In this document: in pieces, positions 1-24,558 of the stretch
Numbering within the stretch: position 1 is the stretch's first letter
Layout of the letters: each line of letters begins with the position of its first letter
From: Amoebidium appalachense
Taxonomy: Eukaryota > Protista > Ichthyosporea
Assembly (NCBI GenBank): GCA_963693365.1
Contig: CAVNZM010000002.1
Span: forward strand, 4,418,259 to 4,482,258
Length of the DNA: 64,000 nt
Reading direction: 5' to 3'
Translations under genes and position numbers: made by a program
The notes under the pieces: model-generated
What the model was told of the DNA's origin: nothing
The model's input: the letters and a program-made list of their open reading frames with translations, nothing else
The model's database searches: none

Positions 1-8875
<8,875 letters not shown>

Positions 8876-9276
8876 GGTGGCTACTTGCTGTGTGCCGAAC
8901 ACACGAACTCACTGCGCACACCTCAGTCCAAGCACCCCCTAGAGAAGGAGTTTGCCTGCACACCGGCCGGCCCTGCAAATACTAGCTAGCCGCGACTCGA
9001 GAGTGAGCCTGCGTGTGTGTGTGGCCTGGCGTGCTCTGCCCTTACTCCCACAGAGTCCCACTACTACTTTTTCTTCTGAGTTTGTAATGTTGGTGACCTG
9101 TGCCGTGGCCACGGTCCGGACTCCGACGTCAACAGCCACGAGGTGACGAGAAGAAGTTGCAGAAGTTGGCTGAGTGCATTTTTTCGCCAAACGGGCGGAA
9201 TTCCTGAGCAGCTTGACCAATAGGAACGTGGGTGTACTTTCTATTGGTGAGCCACTCTCAGCTGAGACAAAAACAA

Positions 9277-9558
9277 CAGGGTTCGAAGTTACGAAAAAAA
9301 CGGAATTTCCGATATTTGAAAACACAGTTCCGAAAATCGTCCCGGCCGAATCGGAACGTCCGAGAGCCCCCCCCCCGGGGGGAAGCTTCTCATGACTTCG
9401 CAGGTCTCATCATACACGGGGCATACACCACCCACACAAGCTGCACACGTACGTACATGTCTCCCTGTCCCTGTAGAATGTTCAATGGCAGACCCTGACA
9501 ACAGCGCCAGCCTAGCACATGTACATGTTGTCACACCAAACACATTTATGCACACACC

Positions 9559-9599
<41 letters not shown>

Positions 9600-10285
9600 A
9601 CACACACAAATTCACACACACACAGCCGTGACACCACATATGCATCATAGCCATGCATGGCCACATGAACATACAATGCACATGCCTGCGCATGTATATA
9701 TAGGCCGGGCGCCTCCACTTCAAACTTCCCCCCCCCAGAAATAGAACCCCATTCCCCCCTCCTCCGCTGCCCACCGTTCCCTCCACCAGTGCTGCCCATC
9801 CTTCTCCCCCACCGCCGCTCCGGCCTCACCCCCCCCCCCCTCCCCCCCCCCCCCCCCCCTCTCAGGCGGATCCCCCCCCCCCCCCCCTACTAGTACTCCC
9901 CTCTCCCCCCCCCCCCCCCCCCCCCCCGCCCCCCCCATTCCCCCCCAGGAAGGCCTAAACATGGAATGGATCTAGATGCTCAGAGTCGACGGCCACCAGG
10001 TGCAGGTGCCAAGTGTATCACGATCAGTGGCACGCGCCTTAAGAAGCTTCAATGGCAGGCGATACACACACTGTGCACCATTGTGTTCCATTCAAAGACA
10101 CACATGCACGTACATACACAGCCGTGACACCACACAATCATGTGACCTAGGCTAGTACACATGCACAGGCACATACTATCTCAGATCATGATAACTGTAT
10201 TACAAACGTGCACATGCATCCACGTGCACCCTGTACAATCGCATGATATATGCACCCACCCACACACACACACACACAAACACTA

Positions 10286-10319
<34 letters not shown>

Positions 10320-10360
10320 CACACACCATGTACACGGCGCACGCACACACACCCCGTGGC

Positions 10361-10395
<35 letters not shown>

Positions 10396-10583
10396 CAAGA
10401 AACCGTTGGTACAAACACACACACCCACACTGGCATGTACACACACATACACAGGCACACACACCCTGCATACATACACACCACACTGCACACACACACA
10501 CATACATACACACACTGTACATACATACACACACACCATAACCGTTGACACAAAACACACACACACATACACACAATGTCATG

Positions 10584-10634
<51 letters not shown>

Positions 10635-10913
10635 ACATGAGCACACATGCACACAACATAGGCACACACACACCGATTACCGCTGACACAAATACACACA
10701 CCCACACCTGTACACATACACACATACACACACACCGTGCATACATACCCACCACACACACACACACACAATTGCAAAGAAAAATACTCACACACACACA
10801 AACACAGACACAACCACCCAACCTGATTTTCTCCCCCCCCCCCCCCCCCCCCCTTCTCCCCCCCCAAAACATTCGATTTCTGCCTGATCCTTCCCATGTT
10901 GCTGCCTCAACTC

Positions 10914-10994
<81 letters not shown>

Positions 10995-11324
10995 CCTCCC
11001 CTCCCCTCCCCCAGAATTTTCAAATACGGAGACAAAATGTATATATATATTGTGCATTAATGCACTTCATATTTCCCTTTTATTCCTTCAAAGCTTCAAG
11101 TGCCAACACCAGGAAGGCCTCTAATAACCACAGGGTTTTTGAGTATGCATTATAATTACATTTTGATGCAATATAGGCACAAATAAGCATGCCCTAGTTT
11201 ACTGATGCGCGATGATTACGATTTTTGGTGGGCCTGCTCCGACGGAGCATTCCGATTTTCGAAGAGGTTTTCCGAAACGGGATTTCGACTTCCGTTAATG
11301 GGCTCCACCGTCCTTCGAACCCTG
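9277..11324. mobile_element. Non-autonomous hAT-type DNA transposon, copy 1 (~2.05 kb)
   Basis: 12-bp TIRs CAGGGTTCGAAG / CTTCGAACCCTG; 8-bp TSD AAAAACAA at 9269-9276 and 11325-11332; closely similar second copy at 23182-25196; no transposase ORF. Confidence 0.92.
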
Positions 11325-11353
11325 AAAAACAAACAAACACTACATAATTGACT

Positions 11354-14217
<2,864 letters not shown>

Positions 14218-14476
14218 GGAGAATGCTCAGGCCCAGACTCAATGCGAGGTGGTCTGCGGGAAAAAAGAAAAAAAAATATAACAGGCAGTGACACTTTCAC
14301 TCCCACTACGTGTGTAAGCTGCAGCTGCCGCCAAACTTTCGGCCTGGCTGCATGTATCAATGCATCTGCACTCCCAGCATGCACCGTGTTGACCATAGGC
14401 CTTGGCCATGCCATGTCATGATCCACGCCGACCGCGCTGAGGCCTCAGCATCCTAATACTAGTGGACCTGTCACGG

Positions 14477-14673
14477 CGGCCAGGTCTAATCACACAGATC
14501 GTTGAACTGATACGAGGAATTTGACCGCATACCAACGGCCGACGAGCCCCCGGCGGCGAGCCGATCATACAGGTGACCTGTGTGATCGGCTCGCCGCCGG
14601 GGGCTCGTCGGCCGTTGGTATGCGGTCAAATTCCTCGTATCAGTTCAACGATCTGTGTGATTAGACCTGGCCG
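14477..14673. repeat. 197-bp near-perfect palindrome (98-bp arms, 1-nt centre at 14575, one mismatch)
   Basis: 14477-14574 is the reverse complement of 14576-14673 except CATAC vs CACAC. Confidence 0.95.
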
Positions 14674-14839
14674 GGCCCATCGCCACCCCGACGAGCCTGT
14701 CGGCCATAAAATGAGGTGTCGATTTCCATCCCGTCAGGGCTCGTCGCCAGTTAACGCTGATTGGCTAAAAGTTTTGGCGTGCTTAACATTGAATGGAAAG
14801 TGGATGGAAAGTGATTTCTGCCTGCATTGCGCTCATTAT

Positions 14840-15080
14840 TAAAAAACGTGTGGGAACCTCAAACCCGTCAAAAACCACAGTCCCACCAAACTCTTCAGAC
14901 ACCCAAGCGGCCCTAGCTATGGAAACCAAGGCCTGAGAGTTCTGTAAAGCCATGTTATAGCCGGCATTTACCAGAGCCGTAACAAACCCTTCCAACAACA
15001 GCAAACATGATTGAGCAGCTGATGTTATAAACAGCATGTACAGCTTTACAAGCTCTTCTTCTGAGGGTGGCCACATTTTC
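14840..15080 (-). pseudogene. Frameshifted fragment of a DDE_Tnp_4/Harbinger-type transposase
   Basis: VYNISCSIMFAVVGRVC (HTH-like), then after a frameshift TALVNAGY..ALVSIARAAWVSEEFGGTVVFDGFEVPTR, resembling the first catalytic DG motif. Confidence 0.5.
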
Positions 15081-16001
15081 TACTAATTTCTCGCCCACTT
15101 CGAAAGATGCTGAGAAAAAAACTGAAAAAACTGAGACAAAAGAAAAGCTGAAAATAGAAAAAACGTTCCCGAAAATGTGACAGGCCCGGCTGGGTCGCCG
15201 AGCTTGACCGGCCCGTGGCTCACGCATCTGTCCTGCCGACAGCCGACAGGCTGGGCGGAGGCGCCGCCGGGCCCATCGACATCTGGCCCGGGCAGCGGGC
15301 TGATCACACAGGTCCAGTTCTGAGACTGGATAAGTGGGGGCAGGGGCAAGGGGGGGGGAGAGGGGGGGGTCAGGCTACGTCGGGCTGCCTCAGGCTAAGC
15401 CTCCTGTAGCTTGCACTGACCTCCGGACAATTGCACTTTTATTGACTACTATTCTTTGTGCATGGGCTAGCCTCCATGGGCGCACCTGCATCAAGCCGCT
15501 GACGACCCCCCCCCCTCCCCCCCCCTCCTCCCCCCCCTTTTTTTGGGGGCCATTCAATTGTACTAAATCAATCTATCCAGCCAAGTCTCACAAGCATCCG
15601 TAACCATTCAAATTTCTGACGAGCCGGGCCTAAGTTAACAGACTCAACATATATATTTACGGTGTTCATACCTTCCTCTCTTATATGCCCAGCATACATA
15701 CGTGTATGCTGGTGCAAGCATTCCTGCATGTGTGTGAATGTGTAATTACATGTCTGTCTTGTGTGTGTCCAGTCATATGGGCACGCATCGCACTGCAACT
15801 CACCACATTGTGGCGTGGCCATAGCCACATTCATACAAATCCCCCCCCCCCCCCCCCCCCCCTCCCCCCTCCCCCCCCCCCCTTCCCCCCCCCTCCCCTC
15901 CCCCCCCCCCCCCCACCCCGCCTCTCCTAAATACATTCATTCAATTATGCAGTCATGTGCCTGCTATGCATGTGCACACACAGAACCAATTGGTCTTTCG
16001 G

Positions 16002-16742
16002 TCATTCCTCATCTTCAGATAGCTCCTCCTCAGGGGCACACTGCAACCAACGTCAGCAACAGTAAAAGGGCAGTGACTCGGTTTGATAACTCAATAATGG
16101 GCACCCGTGTGGGTGGGTGGGGGTGGGGCTGGGGGTGGTGGAGGAGGTGGTGGGGTTGTGGGAGGGGACAGGGGGAGGCGGGGGGAGGGGGGATGTGTTG
16201 GGGGTATTGGGGGGAGGGGGGGGGGGGGAGGGGGGAGGAATGTGGGCATCGTGGTGGTGGTGTTGGTGGGAAGATGGAGGGAGGGCGGGGGGAAGGGGGG
16301 GGGGGGGGGGGGGGGGGGGGAGGATGTTACAGCGTAACTGGGGGACGTGAAGGTGTGGTGTCTGTGGGAACGTGCATGTGCAAGGGGGGTTGTCTTGTGT
16401 TGTTGGGCTTTGTTGGGTTTTGTTGGGTTCTGTCCTATTCTGATGTGTTGTGTTGTGTTGTGTTGTGTTGTGTTGTGTTGTGTGGTATTGTGTTGTATTG
16501 TATTATGTTGTGTTGTGTTGTGTTGTGTTGTTTTCGACTTTGGTTGTGTTGTGTTGTGTTATTTTTGGTCTGGGTTGTTTTGGGAAGGGGGCAGGGTTAC
16601 ACACCACATACTCGACGAAGCTGACCTGGCCGTCATCACTCTCGATCATAAACTGCATCGACAGGAACCCCCGTGCATTCGTCCGGATGCTCACCTGCAA
16701 CACAATCAGCATCACACATCCAGCAAGAAAAAAAAAAAAAAA

Positions 16743-16785
<43 letters not shown>

Positions 16786-17671
16786 GTTACCTTGGCGGAA
16801 AGACTAAGAGCTTTGACGGATTGACGAATAAGAGCCAGCCGATACCTGTGAAAGATAAAGGAGGAGGGGTGGTTATGATGTGTGTGTGTGTGCGCACACA
16901 CACACGCGTGCAAACACACACACGCACGCGTGTGTGTTTGTGGGTACGTAAGTACGTGCGTGCGTGCGTGCGGGTGCGTGTGCGTGCGTACGTACGTGTG
17001 TGTACGTACGTGCATGTGTACGTACGTGTGCGTGTGTGATGTTGCTGGTGGTGGTGTTTCCTGTGTGTGCTGGTGATGTGGTGGTGGTGGCTGCATGTGT
17101 GTGTGTGTTATGGTGGTGGTGGGGAGGGGGGGGAGGCTAACTCAGGTTTCGTGGCCGAAGCGTGTCAGTATATGAGGCCGATTACAACCATCATTGAGAG
17201 CAGCACCAAACAGAATGGGGGCCACACTACACCAAGAGTCCATGCAGTGTGTGGCACATAGAGCATAGTGCATGCAGTGTGTGGCACATAGAGCATAGTC
17301 CATGCAGTGTGTGGCACATAGAGCATAGTGCATGCAGTGTGTGGCAAATACAGCATAGTGCATGCAGTGTGTGGCAAATACAGCATAGTGCATGCAGTGT
17401 GTGGCAAATACAGCATAGTGCATGCAGTGTGTGGCAAATACAGCATAGTGCATGCAGTGTGTGGCACTTTCACTGCCGTTTTTGCAATCGTAGAGTATTT
17501 TGTGTGCTTTTGTTTGTTGTGTTCTCATACACGTGTGTTGATGTGTGTGCATATGCACCGCCTGTGTGCGTGTGGGTGGCTTGCTACTTGGCCATTAGCA
17601 TGCTAGAGTGTCCATGTGGGTGCATGTGCATGTTTATGTGTATGGGCCCACCTACTCAACAGGGTGCATGC

Positions 17672-17702
<31 letters not shown>

Positions 17703-18384
17703 GGTGTGTGTGTGGGTGTGTGTGTGTGCATGTGTAAATGTGTGCATGTGTTCACCTGCTTGATTGTGTGCGCTTGCAGTCAAATGCCTCCACCACCTCC
17801 GACTCCTTTGGATAGTCAAACTGCACCCCCCATCAGCACACACCCATTCCCCCCACCCAAAAAATACACTGCAGGTGCCGCCTGCCATTCACAATCATCC
17901 TCCCCCCCCCCCTCCCCCCCCCCCCCCTTCCCCTCCCCCGCTCCCCCCCCCCCCCCCCTTCCGCCTGCCCCACCCCCGCCTCTCCTCCTAAACATTGCAA
18001 TTTCACATGAAGGTACGGTCCACACTCCACCAGCCACATAGTGCGAGCTAATTATCACGCTCTTCGTGCATGGGTGGCCACAGTGGCAGCAAATCATGTG
18101 GCTACAGCATGCATGAAATCATCTTGGGGGAGGAATGTTTACGTGTGACGTGCCTGCCGTGCCGCTTGTCGCCAGTCGGAAGTAGGGGGCATCAGGGGAC
18201 ACCAGCACCTCCAGAGTGTCGCTGGTGGTGTCCAGCTCGGCAAACGACGGCTTCAGCCACTCACTCTGTGCAGTGCCATGTGGTTGAGTGTGCATGCGCA
18301 CCAACAATTGGGGCAGTTACATCTCCCCCACCCCTTGAAACACGCCCACTCCAGTTTGCACCTCAGTCCATCCCCCTCCCCCAG

Positions 18385-18423
<39 letters not shown>

Positions 18424-19084
18424 CCCCCCCCCCCCCCCCCTCCCCCCTCCCCACCACCACCAGCACCACAGGACACTACAAACCTTCCCACAGAACACAC
18501 CATAGAACCCGCCCCGATAGACCACCATAAAATACCCCCCTTCCCCCCCCAATAAGGCCCCACCTTCATGATGACCTTGCTCACAACCTCCGCCCCCCTG
18601 AAGTCCATGTCCAGGGGCATGTCTGCCTCCAGCGTCTTGACGGCACAGTCGGTGCACATGCCGTGCTCGGCAAGCCTAGAACACCATGTTCCTCAGTGTG
18701 GGTGTATCAAAGGGCATCTGTGCATGTATAGTGCATGGTGGGAGAAGAGTTATGGGAAAGGGTGGGTGGGTGGGTGGGTGGGTGGGTGGGTGGGTGGGTG
18801 GGTGGGGTGGGGGGCAGGGAGGGGGGGGGGGGGGGGGGGGGGAGAGAGGGGGGAGGGGGAGGGGGGGGGAGGGGGGAGAGGGGAGGGAAAAGCCAAGAAC
18901 TAGGAATGAATGAGGTATTTTTAGGATCTTTCCTTTTCTTTCCCCCTCTTTCCTCCCCCCCCCCTTTTTTTGTGTGTATTTGTGTGTGTGTCCGTGTGTG
19001 TGGTGGTGGTGATGGTGGTTTTAAGGTGGTCTTTCTTTCTTTTTTTTTTTTTTTTTGTTGGAAGGGGGGGGGGGGGGGGGGGGA

Positions 19085-19123
<39 letters not shown>

Positions 19124-19997
19124 TGGAATAATATAGGGCTACAAAATCCGCAAAAGGAAGTGCTCTGTGGGGTAACGTGTTGTGTGTCTGCATTTTAGGA
19201 CACCTGAGGGTACGCACAGCAGCACTAGGGGGGACCCATAGCCCTGGTAGCTGAGCCGCAGTGCAGAAGACCCAGCCCCGTCCTTGGCCCCAAAGATGTT
19301 GAGGCACTGTGCAGAAGTCAGAACATGCCGGCCACGAAGGTGAAACAACCCCCAAAAGTGACACACTTCTTTCTCAAACCGGCACATGGTAAACCCCACC
19401 TCCCCCCCCTCCCCCCCTCCACACCCCCTTCCCCACCCCCACCCCGCCCGCCGGCCCGCCTTTCCGCCAATCACCGTCTCCACCACCAACCCACCGCTTT
19501 CCCCTCCCTCATCACTACGACCACCACCATCTCCACAACCGCAAGTGTGACCATACTGAACAAGGTTGCAAGAGCAAACACAGGCAGGTGGCTGTTCTCT
19601 TCGTCTGCAGGTCCACAATACAGAGGTCGTACGCGCGCACACACACACCTAATATCCACAAACACAAACACACACACACGCACACAAACCCAAGCACACA
19701 TGCACACAGTTGCGCATATTTTTGCAGGTGTGCAGGCAAGGTTAGTAAACTGTTAACCCAAGATGCTTTTTAACCTGTCCAGCCCACCCATCCCCACGCA
19801 TCTAGACATCCACGCACACACATGTCCCCCTCCCCCCTTCCCCCCTCCCCTCTCCCCCCCTTCCTCTTTCGTCCCTTACTCCCTAACCTCCTCCGCCCCC
19901 CCCCCCTCCCCGCCATACACACACACACACGAGCCTGCCCCCCTCCTCCCCCCCCCCCCCCCCGCCATACTCGCATACACACACGAGCCTGAGCGCG

Positions 19998-20033
<36 letters not shown>

Positions 20034-20056
20034 CGCAAACACAGACAGACGGATAC

Positions 20057-20092
<36 letters not shown>

Positions 20093-20648
20093 ACACACCT
20101 CCAGCACTATGTTGAGGCTGACTGCAAACTCGGCCTTCTCCTGGACCTCATAGCGTTGGAACAGCTCCGCCTGCTGCCCCTCTCAGCACCCAGCCAGAAC
20201 TCACCCACCCTCCTCCCCACCCAGCCACGACCAGTACCTCCTCACCATGCACCCAACGTCCCAAACCTGCACGTGCATCCTGTCCCCCCCCCTCCCCCCC
20301 CCCCCCCCACTCCTCTCCCCCCCCTTCCCATCCCCCCCTCCAACCACCACCACCACCATCACCCACCTGCACAAAGGCGTTTGCCTGCAGGCAGCCAGCC
20401 TCCTCGACCGTGAAGCGCAGGCCCTTTTCGCTAACGTAGCACGTTGCTTTCTGCACGCCCTGGTCATTCAGTACAAGCCCAGGAAGACAGGCAAAGAACT
20501 AGCCCTGACCGTAAACTAAAGAAACGTACAAGCCAGCACGCACCTCCTTGAAGTGTATGGCGCGCAGCAGGTTGGCCAGTCTGCGCACGTTGTCCAGGCT
20601 GGCAAACAGCACAGGGCTGCCCTCGCCCTCGGACCCTCCCCCTGGCAT
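16002..20648 (-). CDS. RAD1: Checkpoint clamp (9-1-1) subunit Rad1
   Basis: Spliced exons [26 protein letters not shown] / [28 protein letters not shown] / [22 protein letters not shown] / [21 protein letters not shown] / [22 protein letters not shown] / [29 protein letters not shown] / [15 protein letters not shown] / [18 protein letters not shown] / [23 protein letters not shown] / [12 protein letters not shown]. Confidence 0.95.
17241..17467. repeat. 30-bp minisatellite (CATGCAGTGTGTGGCAMATASAGCATAGTG), ~7.5 units, in a RAD1 intron
   Basis: Tandem units at an exact 30-bp period. Confidence 0.92.
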
Positions 20649-21356
20649 GGCTCCTGTCGTGCAGGAACGATGATTGGGGCCAGGGATGGGATGGCTGGAA
20701 GGCAAATGGGTGTGTACTTGTCTAATTAGCTTCTTCTCACTATATACTAGTTGCAAGTGTGTGTTACAGCGCTGTTTGATGCCTCAACTAACCGAAGAAA
20801 AAGTGAGGCCCATCAACTGTCATGTCATGCATGTCTTGCTTGTAGTTTTGGCGCCAAAAATCAGTGAAACCTCGGGAGTCGAGGCCGTTGCAGAGCAATT
20901 ATTTTGTAGAGCCAGCCCTGAGAAGGCTATGTAATATTCAGCGCAGTGTCTCTTTGTCTTTGATGCATACTCACAGAGCAGCATAGTCTCCAGGGGTATT
21001 TTAAAATGCATACTCACAGAGCAGCATGGTCTGCAGGGGTACAATATGTAGCACCCAGCAAAGTAGTAGTAATCTATATGTAAATACAGTGGCACCCAAT
21101 AAAAAAGTGACAATCTAACTATATGTAAATACAATAGCGCCCAGCAAAAAAGTGACAATCTATCAGGCTGTGTGTAATTACAATAGCACTCACGATGGGT
21201 GCTATTGTATTTACAATCTATCTATATGTAAATACAATACGCCCAGCAGAAACACCCTGGGCCAGCAAAAAAGGGCGAGTCTTCGTTTGTGATACGTCTA
21301 TCCTTCTAATAAATCAATATTGCATTTTTTTCGCTTTTTTTTTTTCAACTCTACCC

Positions 21357-22109
21357 CTATGCCATATGTCCACGGGTGCGTGTGTCCGGTTGTGGTGGGC
21401 GCATGGGCAGGCCCCTAGCAGCAGCCAGCCTATCCACTGTGCCGTAGAGCAGCACCAGCTGTGCCAGTTCTCGTTTGAGCTGGTCGGGCGTCTTGCACTG
21501 CACCGTGCGGCTGTCTTCGGCCAGGTGCGCACACGTTAGAAGCACGTGCTGCAGCCCGTCCATTGGCGCGGGTGGAGGGTTGGGCCTGTGCATGCTGGGG
21601 ATCAGCTGGGATATGGCGTGAAGATGCACCGGCGCAGACAGCTGAGGGCGCTGTAAAGGCTGACCAGACAGCGGAGAGGGAACATGGGGTTGGGGCGGCA
21701 CCGATTCTTGCCGTTTGAACTTGGGGTGCAGCTCCTCCGAGCTGCAGCGCCGCAGCACCGGGCTGTCTTCGGAGTTGCCGTGCTCGTTGTCCAGTGAGCT
21801 GGACAGCTCCGGGGTGCTCCTCTGGCGCCTGAAGCCATGCTTGAGCCACTGGTGCTGGTTGAGCGCACTGTCCGAGGCATACTTGCGCTCACAGAACTGG
21901 CACTGAAACGTGCGCTCTAGCTCCTGCAGACGGCGGCGCTGGCGAGGGCGCTTAGGCAGCATGAAGGTGCACGGGTTGATTGTGGGCGGGCAAAGGGCGG
22001 GCGCGGGCACCAAGGTGGGCACGGAAGGGCGGGCCTTGGCGGGCGCACCAGCATGCATGTGTTGATCCATGTGCCGCGGCACAGTACTAGACACTTGACT
22101 TGCGGCCAT
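21357..22109 (-). CDS. Intronless single C2H2 zinc-finger protein (250 aa)
   Basis: FQCQFCERKYASDSALNQHQWLKH preceded by basic KRPRQRRR; coding-like GC3; AAAATGG start context. Confidence 0.85.
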   Translation of the reverse strand: MAASQVSSTVPRHMDQHMHAGAPAKARPSVPTLVPAPALCPPTINPCTFMLPKRPRQRRRLQELERTFQCQFCERKYASDSALNQHQWLKHGFRRQRSTPELSSSLDNEHGNSEDSPVLRRCSSEELHPKFKRQESVPPQPHVPSPLSGQPLQRPQLSAPVHLHAISQLIPSMHRPNPPPAPMDGLQHVLLTCAHLAEDSRTVQCKTPDQLKRELAQLVLLYGTVDRLAAARGLPMRPPQPDTRTRGHMA

Positions 22110-22235
22110 TTTGTATAGAAAAAATGTTTCTCAAGTGTTGCAAGAGGGCGCTGCTATGCACCGGTAAATCTTCTATCTATCTACTCAGCCACTGAGAACT
22201 GAGGAAACTAGTCTCCAAGGATATGTGCCCACTGG

Positions 22236-22278
22236 CTTACGTAAGTGGCCGGGCACTACTACGCCACGGGACGGCGAC

Positions 22279-22309
<31 letters not shown>
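22236..22309. promoter_or_regulatory. Candidate promoter elements upstream of the zinc-finger gene: palindromic CTTACGTAAG (bZIP-type site) and a ~30-nt poly(dA:dT) tract
   Basis: Motifs lie 130-200 bp upstream of the ATG; function inferred only. Confidence 0.3.
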
Positions 22310-22312
<3 letters not shown>

Positions 22313-23123
22313 CGCAGGGAAGACAGCACACAGAGTGACTAGAAGCAAACCAACGATGCGGAGGCTCAGAACTGAAACTACCAAAATTTCTGTGTGGCGC
22401 ATCAACTTAAGTATTCTCAACTGAAAACTGGGCTTCTATGTCCACACGAAAAGGATAGGCGTCGACAGTGTCAGCAAGGAAACAAGCTGAAACTGGACCG
22501 TGGACCAAGTGTCGGTCCCTTTTTGTATGCTCCTGCACTGCATAACAAGCTCGTGCGCCCATTGGTCCCTGCCACAGCCACCTAATTTGCTCCAGCGAAT
22601 CATAGAGCTCGCTGGCACACTTTTGAATTTTTTGATCTCTTCAACCAATCATTGCGTTCGTGGACTGACGGAAACAACAAAAATAACCGCGAAGGTGTTT
22701 GTTCCCCCCAGACTGACCCTCCAGTCTTTCGACGACGGCGCTGCGCAGGTCCCTCTTCTGCCTTGCATAAAAAAACAAAAAAAAAAACCCAGTGAACTTG
22801 TTTGCACGGCTGCTGCGTATTACAGAATGACCAGAAACTGTATGTACAGTAGGCGAAAAATTGAAGCCCCTAGAGGCCTCCAGAGAGAGGCTGGGACTGG
22901 GAGGCTGAGCCTGGCCAGAGGCTCAGAGCCGGATCACCCTACACTCTAAGGGGAAGGCTTTCTAGAACCGGAGGTTATGGGCGGCTTTATTCTCTTTTCT
23001 ACTTCTCTCCTCCAGTATATCCGTTATAAAATGACCGTGTTAGATCACCTTATTAATTCTGCACAGTATGATGTTGTGATACGGTGTCTTATCTTTCTCT
23101 CGGAAGACCAATGCTAGCTTCTG

Positions 23124-23274
23124 ATCTATAGATTATGGATCAGAAGCACGGCCATCTAAAATAGAGTCTCTATGTAGATGGCAGGGTTCGAAGTTACGAA
23201 AAAAAAATCGGAATTTTCGATATTTGAAAACACAGTTCCGAAAATCGTCCCGGCCGAATCGGAACGCCCGAGAG

Positions 23275-23316
<42 letters not shown>

Positions 23317-24179
23317 CCCCCGGGGGGAAGCTTCTCATGACTTCGCAGGTCTCATCACACACGGGGCATACACCACCCACACAAACTGCACACGTACGTA
23401 CGTGTCTCCCTGTCCCTGTAGAATGTTCAATGGCAGACCCTGACTACAGCGCCAGCCTAGCACATGTGCATGTTGTCACACCAAACACATTTATGCACAC
23501 ACCCACGCACACACACACACACACACACACACAGACAGACACACACACACACATTCACACACACACAGCCGTGACACCACATATGCATCATAGCCATGCA
23601 TGGCCACATGAACATACAATGCATATGCCTGCGCATGTATATATAGGCCGGCCTCCACTTCAAAACTTCCCCCCCCCAGAAATGGAACCCCATTCCCCCC
23701 TCCTCCGCTGCCCACCGTTCCCTCCACCAGTGCTGCCCCTCCTTCTCCCCCCACCGCCGCTCCGGCCTCACCCCCCCCCCCCCCCCCTCCCCCTCTCAGG
23801 TGGATCCCCCCCCCCCCCCCCCCCCCGGCCCCCCCTACTAGTACTCCCCCCCCCCCCCCCCGGCCATTCCCCCCCAGGAACGCCTAAACATGGAATTGAT
23901 CTAGATGCTCAGAGTCGACGGCCACCAGGTGCAGGTGCCACGTGTATCACGATCAGTGGCACGCGTCTTAAATGGCAGGCAATACACACACTGTGCACCA
24001 CTAGTACTGTGTTTCGTTCAAAGACACACATGCACATACATACACAGCCGTGACACCAGCTCGTTGTACACGTGCACAGGCACACACTGTCTATCTCAGA
24101 TCATGATAACTGTATTACAAACGTGCACATGCATCCACCCTGTACAATCACATGCTATGCACCCACCCACACACACACA

Positions 24180-24226
<47 letters not shown>

Positions 24227-24277
24227 ATACTGCACACACACACCTTGTACACGGCGCACGCACACACACCCCGTGGC

Positions 24278-24312
<35 letters not shown>

Positions 24313-24501
24313 CAAGAAACCGTTGGTACAAACACACAAACCCACACTGGCATGAAACACACATACACAGACACACACACCCTAGGCCTGCATACATACA
24401 CACCACACTGCACACACACACACATACACACACTGTACATACATACACACACACCATAACCGTTGACACAAAACACACACACACATGCACACAATGTCAT
24501 G

Positions 24502-24558
<57 letters not shown>

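Larger units (their letters stand above)
14464..15315 (-). mobile_element. PIF/Harbinger-like deletion derivative
   Basis: Termini GGACCTGT / ACAGGTCC with a 3-bp direct repeat AGT (14461-14463, 15316-15318). Longer TIR GACCTGTGTGATC(G/A)GC(T/C)CGC(C/T)GCC at 14575 and inverted at 15314. Internal transposase-like remnant. Confidence 0.7.

Noticed and set aside
17241-17467. CRISPR-like regular repeats (also 2484-2945, 45373-45763, 55750-55865)
   Set aside because: Head-to-tail repeats without unique spacers, no cas genes, eukaryotic context
22246-22309. tRNA-like or retroposed RNA ending CCA + poly-A
   Set aside because: No cloverleaf, A/B boxes or convincing TSD
22436-22949. ORFs upstream of the zinc-finger gene (also 62438-62731)
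   Set aside because: Short or stop-interrupted with no recognisable motifs; probably TE remnants or intergenic DNA
23178-24053. 291-aa ORF starting at the hAT terminus
   Set aside because: Runs through TIR, poly-C and CA repeats; no transposase motifs; frame not preserved in copy 1
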